Positions 25,941 through 35,572 of a stretch of 64,000 bases of DNA are shown here, piece by piece. The stretch lies in IMG/VR virus record IMGVR_UViG_3300032092_000001; one strand, given 5' to 3'. A program made the translations under genes and the position numbers. The DNA comes from a virus (lineage: Duplodnaviria > Caudoviricetes). The stretch's first letter is position 1. Every line of letters starts with the position of its first letter. Below the pieces are notes generated by a model, which did not search any database, was not told the DNA's origin, and saw nothing but the letters and a program-made list of their open reading frames with translations.

Positions 25941-28308
25941 ATTGACTAACTTTTGATATGTTGTCCGTTTTTGTAATTTTAATTACATTGTCTGCCCAAT
26001 TGGATATCATTGGATTGTGAGTGATAACCAAAATGTTTTCAAAGTATTCTTTAATCTTAATAAAGAACTCATATACCATTTCCAAGTTATCATTTGAAAT
26101 CTTTCCGAATACCTCGTCAAATACTGTGATGTTTGGTTTTGGTAACGAACAAACTTTAGCAAGGACCGCTCTTAAAGCAAGTGACGCAATTGTCTTTTCA
26201 TATCCCGAACCTGTTGTCATTAGTTTTTCAACTTGGGTATTATTATCAATCATCCAAAACTCAACTTCGTTCTTTTCACTGATACGGATTTCCAATCTGA
26301 AGTAACATGAATCTTGAAGTAATCGTTGTAGTTCAGAGTTGATGAGTGGCATCATACTCTTCATAATACGTTTCGCAATTCCATTCTTACCAAACAATTC
26401 CAAGTATAATTTATACTTAATCTCCTTCTCTTGTTCCTCAGCAATCTTTGTGATGGTCTTTAAGTTACCTTCAATCTTTTCTCGGTTTTGTTTGATTTGG
26501 AATTCAGAGTTTGCAATGGTTCTCTTAATCTGTTCTTCCTCTCTCTTCAACTCATCCAATCTTAAATTGGCTTTAATGATTTGAGATTCAATCTGTTCGT
26601 TAGATTTAATAACATCTTGCATCTCCTCATATCTTCCAAGTTTCCCTTCCAAAGTTTCTTTCTTTGTTTGTAGGTTTTCAATCGTCGCTTGGTATTTTTC
26701 AAATACAAGTTTGTTCCTCTCATACTCATCAAAGTCCTTTTTCAACTTAACAAATCCCTGTTCTTTGTCGGATAATTCCTGCATTAACCCCTCAATCTCG
26801 GTTTTACGCCCGATATATCCATCAAGTTCCGCAATACGAGATTGGGTGATTGCTGCGTTCATTAATTCAATCCCACAGTGTTCGCATTTGATTCCTCCAC
26901 TAACAGAACTCTTTAGTTTGTTAATCCCATTGATGTTTGTATCAATCTCAACCTTTTCCTTATACGCCCTTTGGTATTCTTCTTTAACCTTGTCGTGTTC
27001 GTTCTCTTTGTAGAACTCTGAAGGTTCAACAATCTTAACACCATCACGTAATGAAACGTTTTGTTTAATTTGAGATTCAAACCCATCAATTTCTTTTTTG
27101 GTTTGGTCAGGATTCAAAAGAGTTAACTCTTTCTCTACAGTAACTTTTTGTTTTAACAAATTGTCACGATATTCCTGACCCTTTTGTAATCTACCCTGAA
27201 CGTCTAAAACCTTTGATTCCCCATCTTTAATGTTTTCCTCAAATGTCTTAATTGACATTTCAAGTTCTTCATTTTGAGTTTTTAAACTCTCAGTATTATA
27301 GATGTTTGAAATCATTCCCCTTGAGAACTCAGAGTAAATCTCTTTACCGGTCTCTTCTTTTCTTTTAAGGAAATCTAATCCCAAGAATCGTGACAACACT
27401 TGTCCTCTCGCAGTTGGTTTTGCCTCCAACAAGTCCTCCAAGTTTGTTCCTGTCGTTAAGATTGTCATCAAAAAGTCATCATAACTACCTATGGAAGTTT
27501 TAATAAACTTTTCAGTTTCTCTTCTCTGTTCACCAGTGAATTTAACCAAGGAACCATCAGGGTATTTCTTAAAGAAATCCAATTCAGTTTTAACATTCCA
27601 CTCACCAGCCTTTGACTTTTTACGTTCAAGTTCACGAACAATGATGTAATCTTCCCCATCAATAATAATCTCACCTTTAACCGATACCTTATCTTTACCT
27701 GAATAACGGTTAAAGATTTCTTCAGCTTTGGTCGTTTTTGTTGTCGTATTGAAGAATAAGAACAACAATAAGTCAACTGACAATACTGTCTTACCTCCGA
27801 AGTTTGGTGGGTCAGATTCAATTACTGTAATACCTCCAAGTGATTGAAAATTAAGTTTTTGATTATCCCCATAAGATAGGAAGTTTGAGAACTCAATCTC
27901 TTTAATGAACCACTTCTTGAACGTTCCAACTTCTTCTTGTTCGGCAATCATTTTGTTGTTAACTGCCGAATCAATTTTCAATACGTCTTCATAAAAAGCG
28001 GATTGATTTTTAGATTCAAGAATGGATTTGATAAGTTCATGTTGATAGTTTTCATCCATAATATTGATAGAAACATCCACATTGTCCTGAACTTCCTCAC
28101 TCTTTTTGAGTTTGGTAATAACGTTTACACTGGTTGTGTTATACTTCTTTTGGAAGTAATGTTTCACATTCTTTAACTTTTCCTGTGTAAAATTTTCAGG
28201 AGCATCCTCCCATACGACTTGAACGTATGGATTCTCTAACTTATCAAAATCCAAATCTTTAATCATCTTTACTCTCTCTAAATTAAGCGGTTTGCTGAAC
28301 AGGTCCAT
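25939..28308 (-). CDS. sbcC: Rad50/SbcC/gp46-like SMC ATPase with N-terminal extension
   Basis: IKEIEFSNFLSYG; Walker A variant PPNFGGKT; coiled coils with CEHC hook; signature variant TGSGYEK; Walker B/D-loop VFDEVFG; H-loop ITH. Confidence 0.92.
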   Translation of the reverse strand: MDLFSKPLNLERVKMIKDLDFDKLENPYVQVVWEDAPENFTQEKLKNVKHYFQKKYNTTSVNVITKLKKSEEVQDNVDVSINIMDENYQHELIKSILESKNQSAFYEDVLKIDSAVNNKMIAEQEEVGTFKKWFIKEIEFSNFLSYGDNQKLNFQSLGGITVIESDPPNFGGKTVLSVDLLLFLFFNTTTKTTKAEEIFNRYSGKDKVSVKGEIIIDGEDYIIVRELERKKSKAGEWNVKTELDFFKKYPDGSLVKFTGEQRRETEKFIKTSIGSYDDFLMTILTTGTNLEDLLEAKPTARGQVLSRFLGLDFLKRKEETGKEIYSEFSRGMISNIYNTESLKTQNEELEMSIKTFEENIKDGESKVLDVQGRLQKGQEYRDNLLKQKVTVEKELTLLNPDQTKKEIDGFESQIKQNVSLRDGVKIVEPSEFYKENEHDKVKEEYQRAYKEKVEIDTNINGINKLKSSVSGGIKCEHCGIELMNAAITQSRIAELDGYIGRKTEIEGLMQELSDKEQGFVKLKKDFDEYERNKLVFEKYQATIENLQTKKETLEGKLGRYEEMQDVIKSNEQIESQIIKANLRLDELKREEEQIKRTIANSEFQIKQNREKIEGNLKTITKIAEEQEKEIKYKLYLELFGKNGIAKRIMKSMMPLINSELQRLLQDSCYFRLEIRISEKNEVEFWMIDNNTQVEKLMTTGSGYEKTIASLALRAVLAKVCSLPKPNITVFDEVFGKISNDNLEMVYEFFIKIKEYFENILVITHNPMISNWADNVIKITKTDNISKVSQ

Positions 28309-28465
28309 TTTCGGTAGCCCCTGATTGAGCTTGTCTCATTTTTTCAATTTGTTCCATCATCATATTTTGCATTTCCTTTTCGTATTTACGACGAAGTGAT
28401 GCATTTTTACGAGTTCTGGCTTCGGACTTCTTTTTGTGGTCCTTTCTTTGTCTTGACTTTGGCAT
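28283..28465 (-). CDS. Small basic protein
   Basis: 60 aa, R/K-rich N-terminus. Confidence 0.6.
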   Translation of the reverse strand: MPKSRQRKDHKKKSEARTRKNASLRRKYEKEMQNMMMEQIEKMRQAQSGATENGPVQQTA

Positions 28466-28484
28466 ATATTATTTGTTTTTAAAA

Positions 28485-28841
28485 TTAATCGTTTTTAGAT
28501 GGTCTGTTTTGCTCATACCACTCAATGTATGAATTAATCGCCCATACCGCTCCTGATGACATAATACCATCAAAGAACCATGAAATATACTCGTGAGTTT
28601 GGAATAATTCATGAGATGGTGAGTAGATAAAGAATCCTAAGAAAAATCCTCCCCAAGTACTAAAACACATAGGACATCCTAAAATTCCTGAGATGAAGTT
28701 AAATACACCCGACACTAATGGAATCCCTGAATCACCAATTTCACTAATACCATTTCGTAATCCTTTAAAAATGGTTCCGTAAACCATAATATTCATGAGC
28801 CCATAGCTCAAAATACACCAAGCTAATAATGTTGTAATCAT
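28485..28841 (-). CDS. Membrane protein with CPxC motif (DUF1360-like)
   Basis: 118 aa, hydrophobic, GCPMCFSTWGG. Confidence 0.65.
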   Translation of the reverse strand: MITTLLAWCILSYGLMNIMVYGTIFKGLRNGISEIGDSGIPLVSGVFNFISGILGCPMCFSTWGGFFLGFFIYSPSHELFQTHEYISWFFDGIMSSGAVWAINSYIEWYEQNRPSKND

Positions 28842-29296
28842 AATCTATCTTTTAAGTTTGAATTTTTTAGATAAAAAGCATAAGAAGTTTTTGTTAGATT
28901 TTCAAGGTCGTTAACCTTATTTCTTAATTCTTTTATCGTTTCGTTTTTATCTCCAAGTTGTCTGTTTAATTCCATCAGTGTGTCTTGGAGTTTTCCACAC
29001 TCAACTTCTTTTTGGTCTTCTAATTTACCTTTTAAAATGTAAATTTCATTCTGTAATTCTTCAATCTTTGAGGTATCTTCCACTTTTACCTCTCGCTCAA
29101 ATTCCCTTTCAATCACATCGGGTAAAGTACCTTGATTTAATAACCCATATTTTTCAATGTAGTATCCCTTTCTAAGACATAGGTTAACAAATCCGTTTAC
29201 GTCCGTAATTTCATTTGTTTTACAGAATAGATTAATATCTTCAGAGTCTAGTCTACTGAGCTCAATAGTTAAAGAGTTTTTCTGCTCCATTTTCAA
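28838..29296 (-). CDS. Coiled-coil hypothetical protein
   Basis: 152 aa, C-terminal heptads. Confidence 0.7.
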   Translation of the reverse strand: MKMEQKNSLTIELSRLDSEDINLFCKTNEITDVNGFVNLCLRKGYYIEKYGLLNQGTLPDVIEREFEREVKVEDTSKIEELQNEIYILKGKLEDQKEVECGKLQDTLMELNRQLGDKNETIKELRNKVNDLENLTKTSYAFYLKNSNLKDRL

Positions 29297-30041
29297 TATC
29301 TTCGTATGAGTTTATTCTAAATGCCACGAATGGTTTTGGGTTATGTAAATCAACAACAGTATATTCATCTTTCTCAACATCATAGATTCCATATCCATGT
29401 TTGGTAATTGTTTCACCATAATTTTGACAAATAGTTGAGCCAATCATATAAGCTTTTTTACCACCAGGAATATCAAAAATTTGTCTCTTATGAATATCAC
29501 CACAAAATACCAAATCACACCCATCAAACTTTGATGCTTCAAATCCATCTTCAAACTTAAAACCTAAATTGGTTGTAAGTCCTTGTACCGGCCCGTGGAA
29601 TAGTCCAATCTTAACTCGGTCTGACTTTTCAATATCAGGCGGAATATTATGGTCCATAAGTGAATATACACACCAATCAATGTTTTCATCGGTATACACA
29701 CCTCTATTCTTATAGTAAGTTACCATCTCATTTTTAAGTGAATCCACAACGGGTGTTAGAGCATCTAATCGTTCCATATTATTTTCAAGGAAATCGTGGT
29801 TTCCAGGAATTAAGATTGTCTTTGCAATTTTGGAACACTCAGTCAAAACCCATGCGATGAACTCAACAAGTTCAGGTGTCATTTGGTTTTTAGAATGAAC
29901 TAAATCTCCAGTAAAGACAATACGGTCAGGAGCAATATCTCCCCACTGTTTAAAGGCATCTTTGAGAATTTCTCTATATAAATCGTGGTCTTTAAATAAA
30001 CGAACATGTAAGTCACTGAAATGTATTATTTTTTTTATCAT
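29262..30041 (-). CDS. sbcD: Mre11/SbcD/gp47-like metallophosphoesterase nuclease
   Basis: SDLH, TGD, GNHD, FHG and GDIH motifs; near the Rad50-like gene. Confidence 0.9.
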   Translation of the reverse strand: MIKKIIHFSDLHVRLFKDHDLYREILKDAFKQWGDIAPDRIVFTGDLVHSKNQMTPELVEFIAWVLTECSKIAKTILIPGNHDFLENNMERLDALTPVVDSLKNEMVTYYKNRGVYTDENIDWCVYSLMDHNIPPDIEKSDRVKIGLFHGPVQGLTTNLGFKFEDGFEASKFDGCDLVFCGDIHKRQIFDIPGGKKAYMIGSTICQNYGETITKHGYGIYDVEKDEYTVVDLHNPKPFVAFRINSYEDIENGAEKLFNY

Positions 30042-30262
30042 AGTTCTAAATCTGGGTTACCTTCAAAAAAGGGGTTAAAATCGTCATTGATATGTCCGCA
30101 TTTTATACAAGCGTATGTTGGAAATGGGACATCGGTATCTCTGTCAGTTCCTGTTAATTCTTTAGGAACCCTCTTAATGAAAGTCACCTCTTTAAACTGG
30201 TCAAACCCACATGACTCACATGTTACTGTGGGCATTTCTTTTAAATTAATTTTATTATCCAT
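30038..30262 (-). CDS. Zinc-ribbon protein
   Basis: CESC...CIKC, 74 aa. Confidence 0.75.
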   Translation of the reverse strand: MDNKINLKEMPTVTCESCGFDQFKEVTFIKRVPKELTGTDRDTDVPFPTYACIKCGHINDDFNPFFEGNPDLEL

Positions 30263-30263
30263 A

Positions 30264-30617
30264 TTATCTATTATATAACATTATCCCTAATCCAGTTCCT
30301 GTCAACGCAACTCCCGTTAACATCATTATTGGTCTTGTTGATTGAGTAATAAAGGGTCTATAAACCCATCCATTACTTGTCGGTCTTTTCCAAGCTTCTT
30401 TACCTTCATAAAGGTCCAATCCAACAACTGCAAGACCACCAATCACCATTGTTAATCCAACTTTACGATTATCGTCCTTGTCAGAAACCCATACGTCTTT
30501 TACCGATTGGATTGATTGTGGTTCAACATATAATTCAGGAGTTTTTACCTCGGATGACATTTGTCCGAACATTCCGATAGTTAGAAATACTAATAAGAAG
30601 GTTAATAGTTTTCTCAT
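30264..30617 (-). CDS. Secreted/membrane hypothetical protein
   Basis: Signal peptide MRKLLTFLLVFLTIGMFG then Q, plus two further hydrophobic segments. Confidence 0.7.
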   Translation of the reverse strand: MRKLLTFLLVFLTIGMFGQMSSEVKTPELYVEPQSIQSVKDVWVSDKDDNRKVGLTMVIGGLAVVGLDLYEGKEAWKRPTSNGWVYRPFITQSTRPIMMLTGVALTGTGLGIMLYNR

Positions 30618-30751
30618 TGTTTTATTGTTTGGACGTTATCGTATGCCGCACATTTTGGATGTTTTGATACACAGGAAGTTGCCGCTCCGATTAAAAATCC
30701 GAGACACAATCCTGTTAAAATAGCGATTATTATTTTTTCAGTTCTTTTCAT
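30614..30751 (-). CDS. 45-aa putative lipoprotein (not in ORF track)
   Basis: MKRTEKIIIAILTGLCLGFLIGAATSCVSKHPKCAAYDNVQTIKQ; ATSC lipobox; ATGA coupling to the next gene; fills the gap exactly. Confidence 0.7.
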   Translation of the reverse strand: MKRTEKIIIAILTGLCLGFLIGAATSCVSKHPKCAAYDNVQTIKQ

Positions 30752-30755
30752 AATA

Positions 30756-30956
30756 TTAGTTTTCAATAAACATAATTGTGTGGTTTATGGGTAGACGAAG
30801 AATCGGTAATGACTTTCCGTTTTCATCTTTTTGCATTAATTCATAGTACCCTTCTCTTACTTGTACTGTTGGTACATTTAGATAATTGTCAGTCATTTGA
30901 TTTCCGAAATCAACAAATGCTGTTTTGTCAGTTGTGTTAAATGTTAGTTTTATCAT
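30756..30956 (-). CDS. Hypothetical protein
   Basis: 66 aa, directly after a strong promoter. Confidence 0.7.
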   Translation of the reverse strand: MIKLTFNTTDKTAFVDFGNQMTDNYLNVPTVQVREGYYELMQKDENGKSLPILRLPINHTIMFIEN

Positions 30957-30960
30957 GGTT

Positions 30961-30991
30961 TAAATATATCACTTTTCAAATGAATTGTCAA
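30961..30991 (-). promoter_or_regulatory. Early/host-like promoter
   Basis: TTGACA-N17-TATATT, which also reads TTG-N20-TATATTTA; 4 nt upstream of ATG 30956. Confidence 0.7.
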
Positions 30992-31842
30992 TTTAAATAA
31001 TCCTCCATATTCATATTAAGGACTGTGTCAATGACTTCTTGCGGAACACGATACTCTTCATATTCTGAATCCTCACGCAATAATACGACAATACAACCAT
31101 ATAATCTAATGTTTTCGTATTTGGTTCCTTTCAACATATGTAAAAGTAACTTACCATATAAAGGTAATTGAACGTAGTAGTGACCTAATGCAGTATTTGG
31201 ATACTTTTCAAAAGGTTTATACATCGGTTTGGTAAAGTTATTTGATTGAAAGTTTTTAGGCTTATTCGTTTTCCAATCGGTTATTAATAATCCGAACTCA
31301 TCACCCTTCTTGTTAACCACTAACCAAATTTTGTCCGGCTGCCCCGTGTACTTTAAGTCTGGATGACCTAGCACCATTTCAGTATCAAGTAATACAACAT
31401 CTCTACTCTCCATTAATTTAAGATATTTGTTACCTGCACTAACCATACTATCACTTTTTAATATTTGAGTAAAATCACAATCAAATATCGGCTGTCTTAC
31501 TTCCTTATAATCCCCATACTTTTCAATAAGTTTTTTTTCCAAAATGTAATGAACCCTACTTCCCATATTGGTTGAGTAGTCACCAGCCGCAGCCCATTCC
31601 TCAATCAATTGTTGTTTAACAATTGGGTCTCCTTTTGATTTCTTTTCAGCCGCTTCGTCTGTTGGGAACTCAGGGTAAAACTTCTTTAATACTTTTGAAA
31701 CCGAGGGGAATGTGTTCTTAACTTCACCATCAGTATCTTTCATATAATAAGTGTGGGTGTCCTCAATAAAGGTCAACTCCAAGTCTTTTCTTTTCTCATC
31801 CAAGATTTCTCTAATCTCTTCAGCAATTTTTTTTAAATCCAT
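30988..31842 (-). CDS. PD-(D/E)XK (RecB/Cas4-like) exonuclease
   Basis: H.Y near the N-terminus, G.RVH, DTEMVL, GQPDK, ITDWKT, Y.VQL.LY. Confidence 0.85.
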   Translation of the reverse strand: MDLKKIAEEIREILDEKRKDLELTFIEDTHTYYMKDTDGEVKNTFPSVSKVLKKFYPEFPTDEAAEKKSKGDPIVKQQLIEEWAAAGDYSTNMGSRVHYILEKKLIEKYGDYKEVRQPIFDCDFTQILKSDSMVSAGNKYLKLMESRDVVLLDTEMVLGHPDLKYTGQPDKIWLVVNKKGDEFGLLITDWKTNKPKNFQSNNFTKPMYKPFEKYPNTALGHYYVQLPLYGKLLLHMLKGTKYENIRLYGCIVVLLREDSEYEEYRVPQEVIDTVLNMNMEDYLN

Positions 31843-31845
31843 TTC

Positions 31846-32748
31846 TTAATAATTCATTTGATAAAAATAATCTTCAATGTTACCCCTTAGTTCGGCAACA
31901 TCTTTGTCTTTCGGTAATTTTATAATTTTAACTCTCCCTCTTAACTTACCTCCATTAAGAGTGTTGTATAATTTTTTTGCGTTGTTCCAAGCATCTTCGT
32001 CCAAACATATTATAACATCTGACTTAGCCTTATTATATATCGCATCAAACAATAAATCATGAAGCACTTTCCCTAAAAGTATAACTGGGTTTGGTGTAAA
32101 GAATCCGTCAAAAACACCTTCACATATATAAATCGGTTTTTCCCAATCAATTAACTTTTCATTGAAGATGATAGTCTCTTTTGGGAACTCCGGATTTTTG
32201 TATTTGTTTTTCGTTTTAAACCAAGCCCTTGAGACAAAATAATTCATCTCGTCATCCATCCCGTATGATGGGACAATTATTCTTCCCATGTATTCCCCCT
32301 CACATGCAAATCCGATATTATACTTTTCAACCATTTGGTCGGTGATACCACGAGATTTAATATACTTTAACGCCTCCTTATGTGGGATGTGTAATGGGTT
32401 TACGTCTTTGAAAGAAATGAATTCTTTAGGTAGTTTTAACTTCGGTCTTTCTTTCTCCCTTGTTTTATATTCTTCAGGTTTGAATACGTCGTAAATTTTC
32501 TTTTGTCTTTTTGTCCCAAAAATATCAACTAATTTACCCAATACTCCGTGAGTTCCGTTTGTTTCAGAACAAGCCCAACATTTATAAACGTGTTCGTTAA
32601 TATTAACCTCTAAGTTACCTTTATTTTTACCATCATCACAATAAGGACAATTAAATGATATTTGTCCTTTTGATGCATAATAGTGTTTGTCCTTACCGAA
32701 CAAGTCTCTTAACATGTCAACCAAAACTTCATTTTCATCCATACCCAT
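31846..32748 (-). CDS. dnaG: DNA primase (Zn finger + TOPRIM)
   Basis: CPYC...CWAC; RIIVP; CEGVFD; LDEDA; KDVAE. Start may be the second Met (32742). Confidence 0.9.
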   Translation of the reverse strand: MGMDENEVLVDMLRDLFGKDKHYYASKGQISFNCPYCDDGKNKGNLEVNINEHVYKCWACSETNGTHGVLGKLVDIFGTKRQKKIYDVFKPEEYKTREKERPKLKLPKEFISFKDVNPLHIPHKEALKYIKSRGITDQMVEKYNIGFACEGEYMGRIIVPSYGMDDEMNYFVSRAWFKTKNKYKNPEFPKETIIFNEKLIDWEKPIYICEGVFDGFFTPNPVILLGKVLHDLLFDAIYNKAKSDVIICLDEDAWNNAKKLYNTLNGGKLRGRVKIIKLPKDKDVAELRGNIEDYFYQMNY

Positions 32749-32779
32749 AAAATATAATAAAAAACTTATTTAAATCAAA
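32749..32779 (-). promoter_or_regulatory. Host-like promoter
   Basis: TTTG-N19-TATATTTT directly upstream of the primase. Confidence 0.5.
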
Positions 32780-32804
32780 CTACACAAACTTTTCTTACCT
32801 TTTA

Positions 32805-32811
32805 TATTTAT
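32805..32811 (+). promoter_or_regulatory. TATTTAT putative late promoter
   Basis: 6 nt upstream of ATG 32818, at the head of the + structural block. Confidence 0.6.
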
Positions 32812-32817
32812 ATTCAT

Positions 32818-33042
32818 ATGCCAAGTTCAGGTTACATTTACGACATTACAGGTACAACACCTTTTCAGGTGTATGTCTCATTTTCAGGAGACGTTACTCA
32901 ATACTATTATATAAATGAAATCGCAACTGGCGACTTACCCTACACCTTTGATTTACCAAGAGCAATACAGGACCAAACGGCGTATTGTGTTAAGATAGTT
33001 GACGGCGATGGGTGTATAATAACAGGATGCACAACAACTTAA
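32818..33042 (+). CDS. Small single-domain Ig/SprB-like protein
   Basis: [10 protein letters not shown]...LP...VKIVDGDGC; paralog of 40541-40774 and of the N-terminus of 43385-44395. Confidence 0.7.
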   Translation: MPSSGYIYDITGTTPFQVYVSFSGDVTQYYYINEIATGDLPYTFDLPRAIQDQTAYCVKIVDGDGCIITGCTTT

Positions 33043-33046
33043 CAAA

Positions 33047-35545
33047 TTGGGAATAATAGAATGGTATAGTTTTTCGGGGTGTTGTAGCGGTACAACATTT
33101 CAGGTAGAATCTTCTTTACCGTTATCGGCATTTACCGCAGGTTACTCTTATTATTTAGAGACGGACCAATATACAGGATGCTCAGAATTTTTAACTTCAG
33201 GTTTTAATAGAGGAGCAACAGAATATATTTTGTTTTCATCTAATACGACATCTTATTCAAGTTGTACAGCATGTAAATTAGTTTATCCTTGTGTTCCGGG
33301 TCCAACACCAACTCCAACTTCAACTCCCGCACCTTCACCGACACCAACAAGAACTGCAACCCCTACACCAACGGTAACTACCACTCAAACTGTAACACCA
33401 TCTAGTACACCGACACCAACGATAACAAATACCCCAACGGTAACTAAAACACCAACTAATACACCTACTGTAACCCCAACGGTAACTAAAACACCAACCA
33501 ACACTCCAACAGTTACTAATACACCAACAAATACTTCTACACCATCATTAACACCAACTAATACTCCAACAAGAACTGTAACTCCATCACCTTCAGTAAC
33601 ACCAACATTAACTCCAACATCAAGTAATACTCCAACACCCACACCAACTCCAAGTATAACACCAACAATAACACCATCACCAACAATAACAAAGACACCA
33701 AGACCAACTCTACAAGTTTCACCAACCACAACACCTTCAGTTAGTGTAACACCAACAATTACTCCAAGTACAACTCCATTATCTGGTTGTGTTTATCAAT
33801 CATTTTGTGTTTTCACAAAGTTAACAGGGTATTCACAATACGATGGTACATATTACAACTATGGTGGATATAACGGATATGATATATTTTATGCGCCTGA
33901 CGCAACGACACCATCATTTATTTATTTTGATATTACTAATTCAAGATGGGTATTATCCGAAACTAGTGGAGGTACTGCAGTATTGTTTGGACCAACTAAG
34001 ACATATTCAAAATGTCCTGATTTAGATGAAACATGGTTTAACAATGTTTGCCCAACACCAACACCATCAAGTACTGATGCATGTAACACATTTGATTTTA
34101 CAGCTTCTTTTGATTGTAATATAACATCAGGAGCCACACCCACCCCAACACCAACAGTCACATCAACAAGTACACCAACCCCAACTCCAACACCAACTCC
34201 AATATGTTACGGTAAGGCAGTTAGTTTTTCAGCAAGTACTTATGATTACCCATTAGAAACACCTACTCCAACACCAACACCAACAAACTTAGTGAAGGGT
34301 GTTAGTGTTACTGGCTCAAGTACAACAACAACTATTGAGACTTCTTTCACAAGCTCATTGTCTAAGGTTCTTCAAGATTGTACTGACCCATTAACTTATT
34401 ATGTTTCAGAATCAGTTCCATTTAATACAGGTGCAACGTTTAGTGCAATTATTGATAACAATCCAGTTTGTGTAACTTACTTGTACGATGACCCGATTCC
34501 ACCTGTAAATGTACTTAATTCAATTGAGAGTGGAAACTTGTTTGAATGTAGATTCTGTGTTCCGTCATACTCACCAACCCCAACACCTACCACGACACCA
34601 ACACCAACTCCAACAACACCTCCACCTCATGTAATTGCAACATTATCAGTACCATTAGCACCTTTCTATGGTGTAGTTGACGAAAGTACTGAAACATTAT
34701 ATAGTATTAACTCAGGAGCAACCGTAAGTGTAATTAGTCTTTCCGCAATATCCGTAACTTCAACAATTACAGGATTTACAGCACCTAATTATGGTGGTGT
34801 GATTGACCCAATCAATAATACATTAATTGTATCTAACCACACAAGTGGAACATTAAGTGTTGTTGCATTAAGTTCTAACACTATCGTACAAACAATATCT
34901 CTTGGTGGTACAAACTTCCCGTATGGAATGTCGTTTGATTCAGTTAATAATAGAATATATGTATCAATCTATAATCAAGCACAAGTTAGATACTTTGACG
35001 TATCTTCGGGTGTACCATACACATTAGGAGGAACAATCTCAGTTCAAAACAGACCTGAGCAACCAGTATTTGTTGCTAAAAATTCAAGACTATATGTACC
35101 TTGTTCTTCAGGTGGAACTGTTTCAGTAATTAACACAATTACAAATTCAGTAATATCAACAATACCAATTGGACCTGGAGGTTTATCAGGACATTTACCA
35201 AGATTTGCAGTTTACTCTCCAAACAACGACACAGTATACGTAGCTTGTAATGGTACAGGTAATGTGATAACAATTAATCCAAATACTAACTTAACAGGTT
35301 CAACATTGTCAACAGGTTTAGGAAGTGGTGCGGCTAACACAATTGCACTTGACACTAATAGTGATAGATTATACGTAAGTAATTTATCTTTTGATAACTT
35401 AACAGTATTCAACATTAATACCAATACAATAACTAATACAATTACAATAGGTGATGGACCGAGAGGAATTGCTTATGATACAGTTTATGATAGAATGTAC
35501 GTATCAGTGAACTTAGATAATGAAATTAAAGTACTAAACACATAA
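33047..35545 (+). CDS. Cys-rich, Pro/Thr-linker protein with C-terminal YVTN-type beta-propeller
   Basis: 832 aa, TTG start; PT tracts; C-terminal repeats such as [16 protein letters not shown] and [16 protein letters not shown]...[10 protein letters not shown]. Confidence 0.8.
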   Translation: MGIIEWYSFSGCCSGTTFQVESSLPLSAFTAGYSYYLETDQYTGCSEFLTSGFNRGATEYILFSSNTTSYSSCTACKLVYPCVPGPTPTPTSTPAPSPTPTRTATPTPTVTTTQTVTPSSTPTPTITNTPTVTKTPTNTPTVTPTVTKTPTNTPTVTNTPTNTSTPSLTPTNTPTRTVTPSPSVTPTLTPTSSNTPTPTPTPSITPTITPSPTITKTPRPTLQVSPTTTPSVSVTPTITPSTTPLSGCVYQSFCVFTKLTGYSQYDGTYYNYGGYNGYDIFYAPDATTPSFIYFDITNSRWVLSETSGGTAVLFGPTKTYSKCPDLDETWFNNVCPTPTPSSTDACNTFDFTASFDCNITSGATPTPTPTVTSTSTPTPTPTPTPICYGKAVSFSASTYDYPLETPTPTPTPTNLVKGVSVTGSSTTTTIETSFTSSLSKVLQDCTDPLTYYVSESVPFNTGATFSAIIDNNPVCVTYLYDDPIPPVNVLNSIESGNLFECRFCVPSYSPTPTPTTTPTPTPTTPPPHVIATLSVPLAPFYGVVDESTETLYSINSGATVSVISLSAISVTSTITGFTAPNYGGVIDPINNTLIVSNHTSGTLSVVALSSNTIVQTISLGGTNFPYGMSFDSVNNRIYVSIYNQAQVRYFDVSSGVPYTLGGTISVQNRPEQPVFVAKNSRLYVPCSSGGTVSVINTITNSVISTIPIGPGGLSGHLPRFAVYSPNNDTVYVACNGTGNVITINPNTNLTGSTLSTGLGSGAANTIALDTNSDRLYVSNLSFDNLTVFNINTNTITNTITIGDGPRGIAYDTVYDRMYVSVNLDNEIKVLNT
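33296..33779 (+). repeat. Pro/Thr/Ser low-complexity tract (~160 aa)
   Basis: TPT repeats; includes a perfect 26-bp direct repeat at 33431-33456 and 33473-33498 (42-nt period). Confidence 0.9.
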
Positions 35546-35561
35546 AAAATGAAATTATAAT

Positions 35562-35568
35562 TATTTAT
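35562..35568 (+). promoter_or_regulatory. TATTTAT putative late promoter
   Basis: 4 nt upstream of ATG 35573. Confidence 0.6.
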
Positions 35569-35572
35569 TAAT

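Noticed and set aside
30988-31842. Cas4/CRISPR adaptation gene
   Set aside because: PD-(D/E)XK fold but no four-Cys Fe-S motif and no cas genes or array.
33296-33779. CRISPR-like or DGR-like repeat array
   Set aside because: The repeats are in-frame Pro/Thr coding repeats with no constant repeat-spacer pattern. No reverse transcriptase or adenine-specific TR/VR pair is visible, including among the LamG paralogs.
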